From the NCBI GenBank assembly GCA_000388065.2, contig KB932203.1: 64,000 nucleotides of DNA; one strand, written 5' to 3'. The position numbers and the translations under genes were made by a program. Origin of the DNA: Fonticula alba ATCC 38817. Taxonomy: Eukaryota > Protista > Nucleariida. Below are positions 47,978 through 59,707 of the stretch, one piece after another (the first letter of the stretch is position 1; each line of letters opens with the position of its first letter). The notes under the pieces were generated by a model. That model was not told where the DNA came from. It worked only from the letters and a program-made list of their open reading frames with translations, and ran no database searches.

Positions 47978-50739
47978 ACCCGGCCCTCCTGTCCTCCGGT
48001 GGGTCTTCCCACACGTCCGGGTCTTCCTCGCCCCCGGAGGGTCTCTGTGCTGGGGATGTGCTCTCCTCGTCACCGGAATCGACCGGGCATCGAGCTGGCA
48101 TGTCGCCCGAGCCGCTGCTGGCCGACCGGGCCCGGCAGCTCTTGCCCCTGTCGTCATCGTCGACCAGCGGCGCCGGGATCACTCCTCCGGAGGAGGATCC
48201 GCTGTTGCCCCTGCTGGCACCGGCGCTATTGTCCGATGCCGGCGAGGGATTCTGCTCGTTCGATGGGGAGTCGCCCTCGGGGGCTGGGTCCTCGTCGTCC
48301 TTCGGCGAGGAGATGTCTTCGCCCCGGTCGCCGGACGCCGACACCGGGTACATCCTCTCGCGCCGGAATGGCCGGGGCATGTCGGACCCGCTCGCCGGCC
48401 GGCCGGCCTCCCCCTCGCCGACGTCCTCCCTGGATGCCGACGACAGTGGGGCCTCGTCGGCGTCTGTCACCGGGCACCACCGGCCGTCGGACCACCTGGA
48501 CCATCTGGACCTGGACTCGCATGGGGGTCCGATGGACTTGGACTCGGAGTTGGCGCACTTCTCCCCCCGGCTGTCCTATCTCCAGGATTCCGGGCGCTTT
48601 TCGATTTTGGTCTTCTCGCTCTTCCTTTTCTTCGCCTCGCCGTGGCACTTGCCGGTCTCCCCGCCGGCCACGTCCGGCTCGAGCCCGGAGGTGCCGAATG
48701 CCACCCTGGCTCCGGGGGCCCTGGTCCCGGGCACCGTGGTCCCGGTGTGGCTTGCCACCCCGGGGTCGGCCCGGGTCTCGCCGCATGGGTATCCCTTCTC
48801 GTTGGAGGGCAGCTCCGATGGCGAGTCCTCGGCCCCGGGGCCCGGGGCCGGCGCCATGCCGGTGTGGCACCCGGCCGCGGTCCGGGACTCCCTGGCGGCC
48901 GGGCTGCCCCTGCCGTCCTTCTCGTCGGCGTTTGATGCCGGGTCCTGGGCTCCCCCGGGTGCCGGGGGATTGTTGGTGTCGCTCGACCGAGCCCGGCTTG
49001 GCATGCGGGCTCTCCTGCAGACGGGTCTCCTGGATGAGGATCCCGATGATGGCCATGCTGGCGGCGACATGGGGGCCAGCCCGGTGCAGGTGGCCGGTCG
49101 GCTGGCCATCGAGGCCGCATGGTTCGCCGGCCGGATGGCCATGCGCCCGGCGGTGCTCCTGTCGCGGGCCTTTGGCCAGCTGGATGGGGCCCTGTATTCG
49201 GTGGCGTCATTGGCGTTGGTCCGGCTGGGCCGTGTGGTAGCCCTGCCGGGGCCGCTGCTTCCGCCGCTGGATCGCCTGCTGGCGGCGGTGCTCCTGACGC
49301 CGGGCTGGGCGCGCTTCGCTTTCCACCTGCTGGTGCGCTGGGTCATGGTCATTGCCCTGATGCTGGTGTCGCTCTCCTTCGAGACCTTCCTCTGGAAGGG
49401 GTCCATCCGCCGGCGGTTGCCGCTGGTTCGGCAGCTAAATTCCGAAACCGAGCGCCTGGTGGCCTCGGGCCAGTACTCGGAAGCCAACCGACGCGTGGAC
49501 ATGGCCCTGCTGCTGATGCAACGGCCGGTGCCCACGCGCGGCATGCAGCTTTTCATGGCCAACTTCCGGGAGGTTTGCCGGCAGCTGGCGCATCGATTTG
49601 GTCTGGGGGCCTTTTCTCACCGGGTCCTGATGCAGGATGACATCGAGTACTTCACCGAGCTGACTCGGGCGTATGTGAACAAGAAGTATGTATCCCTTGG
49701 CTTCCTGTCCCCCCCCCCCCCCCCTCCGATGGCTAACAAACAAAACAAACACCAACATCAAGAAAAAGAACCTCGCCGACTACAGCATGTGGGCCAGCTT
49801 CTATGTGTGCGTGACGGCCACCAACTTCGCGGAGATCGCCGGGCCCCATTCCGCCGAGCTGCTCATCCGCGCCTATGCCACCTTGAGCTACCATGTGACG
49901 GTCCACTCGCGGACCTTCAGCATGGTCGGGTCCATGTACCAGTGGCTGTCGCAGCGCATCATCCAGCGCCTGGGAGCCACGGGCGGCGCGGACATCGGGC
50001 ATTTCTACATCGTCACCAGCTACCGGAGTCTGGTGGACGGGGATCTGCCCCGGGTGTTTGAGCAGCTGGCTCGCGGCGAGGCCGTGTACCGGCATCAGGG
50101 CAAGGGCCAGCTGGTGCGCGATTGCCTGATGTTCCGCGGGTGGATCCAGTATGTGACCGGCGACCCGGCGGCCTCGGTGCGGACATTCGGCCGGCTGCTG
50201 TTGAATGCCGGCGATGAGGCCGACCCCTATGGCCAGCACTGGGCGCTGGTGGGCCTGACAGCCACCAGCCTCTGGGTGGGCGCCTTCGAGGAGGCGCGCG
50301 CGCATTTGGCCGAGGCGGCCCGGCTCCGAGCCATCACGGTCAATCGCCATCTGGAGACCTTTGAGTTGGGCTTCGAGGGGCTGATTCGCCTTCGGGCGGA
50401 CCGCTTCGCCGAGGGTGCCCACGCGGTGGCCGCTCGCTGTCTGGACATGCTGGAGGACACCATCCCGGCCGGCGTGCCGCATGGCATCCTCCCGCTGATC
50501 GCCGTGGCCGAGGTCTTTGTCTACCTGTTGCAGGGCCACCTGCAGGGCGGTGCTGCTCGTCGGCAGCGTCGGGCGTCGGCCGCCGCCGCCTCGACTGGCG
50601 GCGGTGGCACCGGCGGCTCCGGCACCTCCGCTACCCGGGCCTGGTTGCCTTCCTGCTGCCTGGCCCATGCGCCTGGCGACCGGCCGGTCGGGCGCGGGCG
50701 CCGTGCGACTGCGGCGCGGCGCTCTGCAGCAGCAGCAGC

Positions 50740-50770
<31 letters not shown>

Positions 50771-51982
50771 GCGCGCCCCGGCGGGTCCTCTTCCTCTCGG
50801 GCTTCGCCGGCCGCCTCACCGCCCGGATCCCCGGCACCCCTGTCGCCTTTGGCCGCCTCGCCACCCGGGTCACCGCTTCTGGGGAAGCTGAGCTTCCCTC
50901 TGCCAGCCGGCGGGGCCGGCCTCCCTGGCACCAGCGACAAGGAGGCTGCCTCGCTGCTGCAGGGCCTGGCCACCGAGGCCGAACTCATCGAGTCGGTCTT
51001 CCGCCAGCTGACCACCCCCTTGAGCCTCCTCTCCCAGAGCAGCCCCATCTCGCGGCTGTTCCTGGGCGACCAGGCGGCCACGCCCCCCCTGCCGGGCCCC
51101 CCCACCAAGGAGCCCAGCCCCGATGGCGGTGCCTCGCCCGGGCAAGCCGACAGTGGCCCGGGTCTGTACCAGCATCTGGCCGCGCGCATGGCCGAGCTGG
51201 ACACCATCACCGGGTCGGTCCGGCGGCTGCCCGGGCGCGGCGGCGCCCCGGGGTCAGCTCGGCTCCTCCATCCGCAAATGAATAACCCCTCCTTCCGGGC
51301 AACGGCGGACTATCTGCTGGCGCAGCTCCGCCGGTGCATGCAGCTCTTCGCCACTTCGACCGGGTTCTTCCCCCTGTTGGCGGGCTTCGCGGCCATCCTC
51401 GAGGCACGGTACACCCATTTGTCCGGGGTGGCCTTCGCCACCACCCCGCGTCACCTGGCCGAGGCCCATGCCACGGCCGAAGACCTGCTTGAGCGCTTGC
51501 ACGCGTCGATGCCGGCTCCGGCCGAGGCCCGGGCCCCGGCCGAGGCCGATGCCGCCGGGCCGGAGGCCTCCTCCTCCCCCCTGGCGGACGAGGCGGCCTC
51601 GCAGCACCCCATCTGCCCGCTTTGCCATGAGGCCCTGCCCCTGTCGCTGGGGTCTCGTGCTGGTGGTGGTCGATCGGCCGCGGGCGCGGTGTCCGTCTCT
51701 CGGCGGTGTGATTGCATGCCGTCCGAGAGTCTACCCGCCCCGCGCGCCGGTCAGGCCCCGGTGCTCCCCCTGGTCCGGGGGTATGTCAGCCTGGAGCTGG
51801 CCTTGCTGAAGATCCGCGACCCGGCCATGCGCAAGCAGCTGCTGAAATCGGCCCACCAAGACTTCCACTCCATCGGCGCCACCTTCGAGGAGGAGATGGT
51901 CGCCCGTGAGCTTGTGGAGCCTGGGGCTTCGATCTCCATCTTCCAAGGGGAGAGTATGCGTTTCAACCACTTCCATGTCTAG
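47845..51982 (+). CDS. Protein with a putative membrane segment and a TPR/helical module resembling the C-terminal region of soluble adenylyl cyclase (ADCY10) and bacterial cyclase/kinase-AAA-TPR proteins; probable intron 49686..49785
   Basis: GQYSEANRRVDMALLLMQRPVPTRGMQLFMANFREVCRQLAHRF and TATNFAEIAGPHSAELLIRAYATLSY match my recollection of that family. Hydrophobic WARFAFHLLVRWVMVIALMLVSLSFETFLW at about 49310-49395. The start codon is uncertain; it may be continuous with the upstream gene. Confidence 0.6.
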
Positions 51983-52412
51983 ACCAGGGCGCTTTTCCTC
52001 TGCTCCCGTTGGGCACACGACTTCCCCTCCCCCCTCCCCCTCCTCGCCCTTTTGTACATTAGATTATTCCCTCCCTCGCTTCATATATGCCCCGGCTTGT
52101 CGTGTGCCTTTGTCGCCCCCCCCGGGGACTGGTTGGTGGTGTGCTGTCCTCGGGGGGCCGGTGGGAGGGGATGTCATTTGTATTGATGGGGTGACCCGGC
52201 GCCTGGTGGCATGGACAAACAGAGAGGGTGTCGTGGGCCGCGATGAGGGGCGGCGGGTTGAAAGAGAGAGAGAGAGAGAAGAAGGGACGCCGGGGCCGCC
52301 GGGCGGGAAGGGGTGCATCTACATGCGCGTGCACCCACATGGCCGCCGGCCCCCCCCCTCCTCGAGCCGACCTCGCGCGCGCGTACGTACACACACACAC
52401 ACACTCCTCCTC

Positions 52413-55400
52413 TCAGCCAAAGTGGTTGACGACGGAGGCACGAGACTTCTTGGATGAGCCGCGGCTGCGTCCCCCGCCCTTGGTAGAGGACTGCGATGAG
52501 GAGCTGGACTTCTTGGAGGACGAGCGCTTGGTCGGCAGGGGCATCTCCTCCTCGCCGGTGGCGGCGGCGGCGGCCGGCGGCGCGGCCGGGCCAGCCCCCG
52601 GCGCCATGAACAGATGGCGCATGGATGGGGGAATGTCATCCAGATCCACCGGCGGGGTGGCCTCCTCCTTGCGGTCCTCGGGCGGGGCGGCATCGGCCGG
52701 AGGGTCGGCAGCAGCCGGCTGCTGAGCCTCCGGCTCCCGGGCGGAAGCGGGGTCTTCTGAAGCGGTGTCAGCACCGGTCGAGGTGTCCCTGGCCGCGGTG
52801 TCACCAGGAGCCGGGGCAGCATCGACGGCCGGAGTGCTCTCGGCATCTGGGTCGGCTGAGGCGGCGGCCTCGGCCGCGCTAGCAGTGCCGGTGGTCTCCA
52901 CAGTGGCGGCGACCGGCGCCTGCGGCTCGGGAGCTGTCTCCACAGCGGGTGCCTCGGCCGGGGGGGCCTGCACGGCGAGGGCCGACGCGAAGTCCGCAAA
53001 GGAAGCATGGCAGGTGGCCGGCTCAAGGCAGGGCAGATCCAATGCAGAGGCCTGGCACGCGGGAGGAGAGAGGGGGGGAGGGGGGGGTGAGGGCAGAAGA
53101 CTCTGCATGTAAGTGGACGAGCGGGGGGACGGACGAAAAGTCCCACCGAGGGCGCAGGCGTGCGCACAAGAGGGACAGATAGAGAGAGAGAGAGAGAGAT
53201 GAAGGAGGGCCAGGGCCAGGGTGCGCACCATCTCGGCCACGCGCGTGGCGGTTCGCGATGCCTGATCCTTCCAGGCACACAGGGTGAAGTCCAAATTGGC
53301 CTCAAGATTCTGGACACGAGCTTCGGAGGCTGCGCGCACACATTTCACATGTAAGTGACCCAGCACTCGGGGCGAGGGAGAAACAGGCGGGGCAAGTGGC
53401 CAGAGAGGGGAGCGAGGCAGACAAACCCCGCCAACAACAACACACGCACCTGCCAGACGGGCCTCCGCCTGTTGGCGGGCCTGACGCTCGGCGCCGATGG
53501 TCGCAGTGGCATTCTTCAGCAAGGGCAGCGACTGGCCGAGGGCCTGCTCGAGGGCCGCGCCCTGCGACCGGGCGAGGTCCAGCTCCGCCTGCAGGGGCTC
53601 AACGGTGGCGGCCTTGGCCACCAGCTTCTGGGCAGCTGCCACCAGGGCGGACGCGGTGGAGGGGGCGGCACCGGCCGGCGGGGCCGCCTGCGACCCGTGG
53701 GCCCCACCCAGCAGATCGTGCGTCGAGTACTCGGTGATCAATGGCTCCAGGAGCTCGCCGATGCCCGGCAGCTGGCTGGGGCTGCCGGTGGCCGTCGTGG
53801 CCGCCGCCGGCAACAGGCCCAACGCCAGAGCCACATCGAAGAGCTGGCGCTCCAGGTGCGAAACCCGCGAGAGGAGCTCCTCCTGCAGTGGCGACGGGGT
53901 GCCCGGTGGCCGGGGCGAGTGGAGGTTCATCGACTGGGGCGGGAGGAGATGGGACGAGAGACATGGCCGGGAGAAAGCACATGCAAAGTGTGAGGCGCGC
54001 ATATGGGGGAAGAAGGGAAAATGAGAGAGGGGGAGAGGGGGGGTGTGTGGAAGAGGGGCACGAGGGAGGGAGGAGAAGGCAGGGGGGGGGGAAAGGCAAG
54101 CGAGAAGCCCAGGCGAGGAGGCCGCATCGTGCCTCCTCGCCAGCGGGGGCGGCCGGGACGTACAGGCGGCCGGTCGGCGGTGCCGGCGTCGGACAGAGCG
54201 CCCTGCGAGGAGGAGGAGGAGGAGGAGGCGGTGGCCTGGGTGGAGAGCGTCAGCCCGCCGGTAGACCGGGACCGGACTGGGGCCGGGCTGGACAGGCCCC
54301 AGGCCTTCCAAACAGACCGGCTTTGGGACTGGCGAATGACCTCGGCCGCGGCACTGGTGGTCGGGCCGATCGCCTCGTCCGCCGGGGCCGGGGTGGAGGA
54401 AGACCCAGACCGCCGGGAGTCCGGGTCGGCGCGCGGGGTCGGCGGAGCCGTGGCCGCCGAGGGCCCCGCCGCCACCAAGGGCGTCGGGTGGTCCAGCACC
54501 TCGAAGGTGGCCGACAGGGGAGAGCTATGACAGGAGGGGCTGGCAATCGGCAAACGCGAGGCCAGGACAAAGCTGTTGAAGGGGGCCGTGGCGCCCGACA
54601 GGAAGCGCGGCGAGGCCAGCGAGGGAGACCCGGTGGCCACCACTGGGAATCACAAGGGCCGCAGTCATCGGAGGAGGGGAGGGGGGGGGGCGGGGCAGAG
54701 GGCGCGAATGTCAGCCAAAGGGAGCAGGCGCACGGGCCGAGCGACCGGACAGAGGCAGGCCACGAGCGACGTACGGTAGGGGTCGATGACCACTGCGGTC
54801 GGGAAGACCCCGAAGATGACCAGCAGCCCGTTGGAGGGCAGGCGGGTGATGGCGAAGGCCGGGCTGGAGAAGGCGCTGCTGGTGCTGCCACGGCGCTTGA
54901 GCGCCGGCGGGGTGCCATCCAGGGCCGGGAGGCGCCCATGCCGGCCGGCATCCCCAGCCGGCGAGGAGGACAATGGCGAGGGCTTGGAGATGGGGGACAT
55001 GCTGGACTGGGAGAAAATCCCGCTGGCCAGCTTGGTCCAGCTCATGGTCCGCCGGCTGAAGCGGTACAAATCACTCAGATGGCAGCCACTGGCATCCACA
55101 CCGCCGAAGACATAGATGTCGCCGGCCGTCTGGCGCCAGTATTCCTGCACCGGGCTGTCGGTCTTGGCCGAGGGGGGGATGACGCAGGCCGTGCCGCAGC
55201 TGCTGCACCCGCCCGGCATGACGAAGACCGTGGCCGAGTGCCGCGGGGTCGGGGCATTGTGCTCGATGCTGGAGGTGACATTGCCGCCGGACCACAGCCG
55301 AATCCACGACGCCCGGAGGGAGCCCGAAGCCGGGGGCCCGGCACCGGCCGAGGGCCCGGCCTTCCGGCCGGCCACCTGGCGGTGGTCGATCCCGGTGCTG

Positions 55401-57973
55401 GTGTCCAGCAGCCAAAGGTCATTGAGCGGGGCGCCGGTGGAGGCGCGCCCGCCGAAGATCACCACCCCGGAGGCATGCTGCACCGTGCCGCCGATGCAGC
55501 CCGGCATCGGGGGGGCCGCCATGCTGCCGCCGGGCGGCCGCGAGGCCGATTCCCCGGGAGTCATCCCGGCCGGGGCGATGTCCGCCCACACGCGCTGGTT
55601 GTTGAAGGAGGCCACGGCCGAGGCGGTGCGCTCCTTCGGCGCGGACTCCGGGCCGCCGCTGCCGGCCACCTGGGCTGTGGTCCACTGCCAGGTGGCCGTG
55701 TCGAGGACCGCCACATCCGACGCATAGTAGTAGGGGCTGCTGTGGAGGAGGCCGCCATCGGCCGAGCCGGCGGTGGCGGTGGCGCCGGCGCCGGCGCCGG
55801 TGGCAGTGCCCCCGCGTGTTGGGCAAGTCGCCGGCCCGGCGGCCTCCGGCGTGGTGTACTGATACCCAAACAGCACCACCGCCTGGGTGTCATCAAGCAT
55901 GCATGTCGAGTGCCCGTAGCGCGGGGAGGGGATGGACCGGGTCGGCCCGGCGGGCTGGGTGTCCCGAACGGACCAGCGCCCGCGGGCTGGTGGAGGTGCG
56001 AAGGGGAGGGGAGGGGGCGGGCGGGGGGCAAGAAAACAACCGCAAGAGCATCCAGAGCAGTCAGTACGGGCCGGTCATGCATGGGCAGGAGCGGAGGGGC
56101 GAGAGTAGCAGAGTGGGTCCCCCCCCCCCCCCCCCAGGCGCCGGACGCACACTCGCCATCCAGATCCAGCAGGTGGAGCTTGGCGAAGTTGGCCGGGAGC
56201 CGGTTCTGCAGCGACGAGTGGTCAGCCGATTGCTGGGTGCGAGTCTGAAGCTCGTCATGGCTGACGGCCCCGCCGAGGAAGAGGGCCGACTTGAGCCCCG
56301 GGACATAGAGGCTCGGGGCATCGGGGCAGGGGTACGAGGGAGCATCCTCCAGGGGCAGCTGGGTCCAAATGCCATCTGGAGAGGAGAGGGGGTTAGCGTG
56401 GGCAAGGGGCCCGCGTGAGAGGCGAGGCAGCGGCGGCAGCGACGACAACGGCGGGGACCGGACCCGGGTGACCCGGGGTCCCCCCCCCCCCCCCGGCAGC
56501 CATCAAAAGGAAAGCAGCGAGCAAGCACGCACCGGCCCCAAGGAGCCAGCCATCATTCAGGGTGTGCCCGGTGGCCGAAACACCGGAATACAGCCCGGCC
56601 AGGACAGGCACCGGGTCGGCACCCGGAGCCAGGCACCCGCAGCACGAGTCGGTCGGGGTCGAGAAGAGGGAGCGCGACACCCGGGGGAAGGGGGTTCGCA
56701 AGTTGGCAGATGAGGCGCCGCCATCGGGGCTGGCCGGCGGCGGGATCTCATAGGACAGGGTGGCCCAGCACTTTTGCGGCCCGAGGAGATCCGGGGAAAT
56801 GTTCAACAGGGAGAAGCCCGGGTCCGGGATGGTGTTGTGGCCGGGCGATCGCCCGGCCTCGGGGCCGGCGGACGGGGCAGCGGTCGGTGGCCGGCCAGCA
56901 GCGGGCCCCGGGGAGCAGGGCTCCTCCGCCGGGAGCGGAGGGCTCGGGGAGGGGGAGGCCGTGGTGGAGGTGTCATTGGGGTGGGCCCGGCGGGAACGCG
57001 CCGGCCGGCGGCGAGCCATGCTCAGGGCGATGCAGGAGGGTCCCTCGGCCGAGGGGAGGCTGTCCGGGGAGGGCGAAGAGGCGGGGCCGGCGGCGTGTCG
57101 ACAGTGCACCGAGCAGTGGCGAATCAGGGGCGACGGTCCGGGAGGGAGGGCAGCGTCGGTGGAGGAGGCCGCGCCGGGGGGGCCAGGATGCAGGGCCAGC
57201 GAGGAGAGGGAGGAAGTGAGCAGGGGCGACGGCTCGGCCGTGGGTGCCAGCGGGGCGGGCTCCGGCAGGGGAACGATGCCGGTGACGGGGCTCGCGGGGG
57301 GCAGGGCGCGCCGGGCGTCGGCCGGCGGGGGGATGGCGAGGCTGGCCGGGGTGCCGCCAGCGACGCTCTGGGCGGAGGCCGGGGCCGGGTGGGGCGACGG
57401 GCCGGGCAGGGTGCCGGCAGGGGCAGCGATCTGGCGGGGGGGCGTGATGCCGAGCGAGGCCAGGAGCGGTGAGGCACCCAGACGCGAGTAAGCCGGGAAG
57501 GGGATGCGCAAGTCGGCCAGGAGGGTGGGCGACCGCGGAGCAAAGGGGCTCACAATGCCGAGTCCCAGGCCGGAGGAGGAGGAGGAGGAGGAGCAGCCCG
57601 GAGAGCCGGGAGCCGGGGGGGCAGCCGGAGAGGGCGTGGCCGGAGCAGCGGCGCCCGAAGTGGGGGCGGCCTGGTGCCAGGGGGCCGGCGAGGCGGGCGG
57701 CGTGTCGGCGTCGAGGTCCGAGTGGTCGCGGGGCAGACCGGCGGCGGAGCTCGCAGAGGTGTCGGCGGTGTCGGGCGGCGACGCGGAGGCGGCGGGTGAT
57801 GGGGCGGTGGGGGCGGTGGCGACGACAGGCGGCCGGATGGCCGCGGGAGAGGGGGAGCTAGGGGGATTGTTGATGGGGGGGACAGAAGTCTGGCCGACGC
57901 GGGGGGACGTCGTTGCCACCTGGGGATCAGCCTCCGAAGCCGACGCCGGTAGTGTGGATTGAGTTACTCCCAT
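52413..57973 (-). CDS. Kelch-repeat protein with N-terminal myristoylation motif, long disordered N-terminus and C-terminal coiled coil (multi-exon; exon 1 = 57973..56533, exon 2 starts 56375)
   Basis: Start MGVTQST. Kelch blades include GHTLNDGWLL, ALFLGG, PSPRYGHS..VVLFG, VVIFGGRASTGAPLNDLWLLD and PTPRHSA..IYVFGG..LSDLYRF. Coiled-coil segments ELLSRVSHLERQL and VEPLQAELDLARSQGAALEQAL. GT-AG introns with CTAAC branch sites are phase-consistent where checked. Confidence 0.85.
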
Positions 57974-59264
57974 GCCTCGATGAGGGGGCACCTCAAAGAC
58001 AGCTGCCGATCGGGGTGGGTGTGTAAGTGTGTGGATGGGCAGGGAGAGCATCGTGTGTGTGTGTGCGTGTGTGCGTGTGTGCGTGTGCGTGTGTGCGCTC
58101 GTGTGCGTGTGCGTGTGTGCGCTCGTGTGGGAGCAGGCCCCGTGGCGCGTACCTGGAGCGAGCGTGCCCGGGCGGGGGTGCGCGAAGCCGGGCGGGCAGT
58201 CTCGGAGCCGATGACGACGATGCGATTCGGGGTCCGGAGAGGGGGGAAAAGGCAAGGGAGCGGAGGAGGAGGGGGGGCGGAGGAGGAGGGGGGGGCGGAG
58301 GAGGAGGGGAGGGGAGGGGCTGGAAGGGGGGGGGGTGTGGGGGGGGGGGGAAGGAGGTCTCACAGCCGCCAGGGGAGGAGTGAGGGCATTGAGAAGTGGT
58401 GCCGAGGGCGGCCACACATCCGCGGGAGTGCGAGAAAAGAGGCCCCGCTGCCCCTGGGCCGGAGCACACGGCTGGGTCGGCCCATCAGGAGCGCGCGGGG
58501 TTCGCGAGCGCTGCCGGGCGCAAGTGCATTCAGGGGCGCCCCGGTGTGCCGGCAGGCCGGCGCCCCCGGCCCCTGCTCTCTCCAGGGGAGAGGACGCTCT
58601 GGCGCCGTAACCGTGTGGGTGTCCCCCCCCCCCCCCCCCTCTCCAGCCCCCGAAAGGGACGCGGGGAAAAAACAACAGACCGACGCCAGCCCCGCCCTCC
58701 CCTGGGCGGGGCGGACGCGGGACAAGCGCGTGTGCGAGCGGAAAGGCCGGCCGCAAAGCGGGGGGGGGGGGGCCGGGCGTTCCGCGAGATCCGACCGGTT
58801 CACCCCCCGGCGCCTGTGCGGGTGCCCCCTCCGGCGAGCAGCCCCCAATGGAGTGCCAGGGTACGAGGGACAAAATGTCCGCGGGCCCGGCCACCGCGCC
58901 CCGTGCGCATTCCTCAGCCCGCGAAAGGGAGCGGGCGGGCAGGAGGGCGGGTGCGCGGCGCAGGGGGGACAAGACAGCCGACCCGGCCCGCCGGGGCTGG
59001 CCCGCCTCGCAGGCGGCCGCGGAGACAACGATATTCCGCTTGCGCCGCCGTTGGACTTGTCGTCGACCTGGCTGGCGCCGGCAGCACGCAAATGTAAATG
59101 CGCTCGCCTGCACGGGAAACGACGGCCGGACGCAGCCTGTGCTTCCCCCCACCCCACCCCCCTGCCCCGCCCTTTCGGGAAGGGCGAAGGGTGGAGGGGG
59201 CACCCTGGGGTGCTCGTTGCTGGCACGAGGCTCGGTCTCTCGTCTGCCCGCCCGGGCGGCGGTT

Positions 59265-59303
<39 letters not shown>

Positions 59304-59562
59304 CCTGGCACCGGCTGGTGAGACGTGTTCTGTTCATTACACACAGCCGAGTGGATGTGCGCGCGCCATTTCAAAGCGAAAATAGAGTCACGCGACACAT
59401 CGGATCCGGTACGTCAAAAGTGCCCCCAGCCGGCCATGTGATATGAATTCCTTTTCCGAATTCGCGCCCCGATCGCGCCCCCCTCCCCCGCCTGAGAGCC
59501 CTCGACACTGGAGGGCCCCCATGGTGCGAGTGCCGGATCGCCCGTCTTCCGCATACCCTCCT

Positions 59563-59565
<3 letters not shown>

Positions 59566-59634
<69 letters not shown>
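59566..59634. repeat. (CT)n microsatellite between the divergent kelch and TilS genes
   Basis: About 34 CT units seen directly. Similar (CA)n/(CT)n tracts mark many introns and intergenic regions of the window. Confidence 0.95.
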
Positions 59635-59638
<4 letters not shown>

Positions 59639-59707
59639 GCCACCTCGCCACCTCGCCATCTGCGCCGCCCTTCACTTCTTCTTGCCCATGGCACCCCTGC
59701 GGCCGGG

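Noticed and set aside
57974-59398. N-terminal half of the 1001-aa ORF 56393..59398
   Set aside because: It runs through (CA)n and poly-C promoter-type DNA with non-coding composition; the real start is likely ATG 57973.
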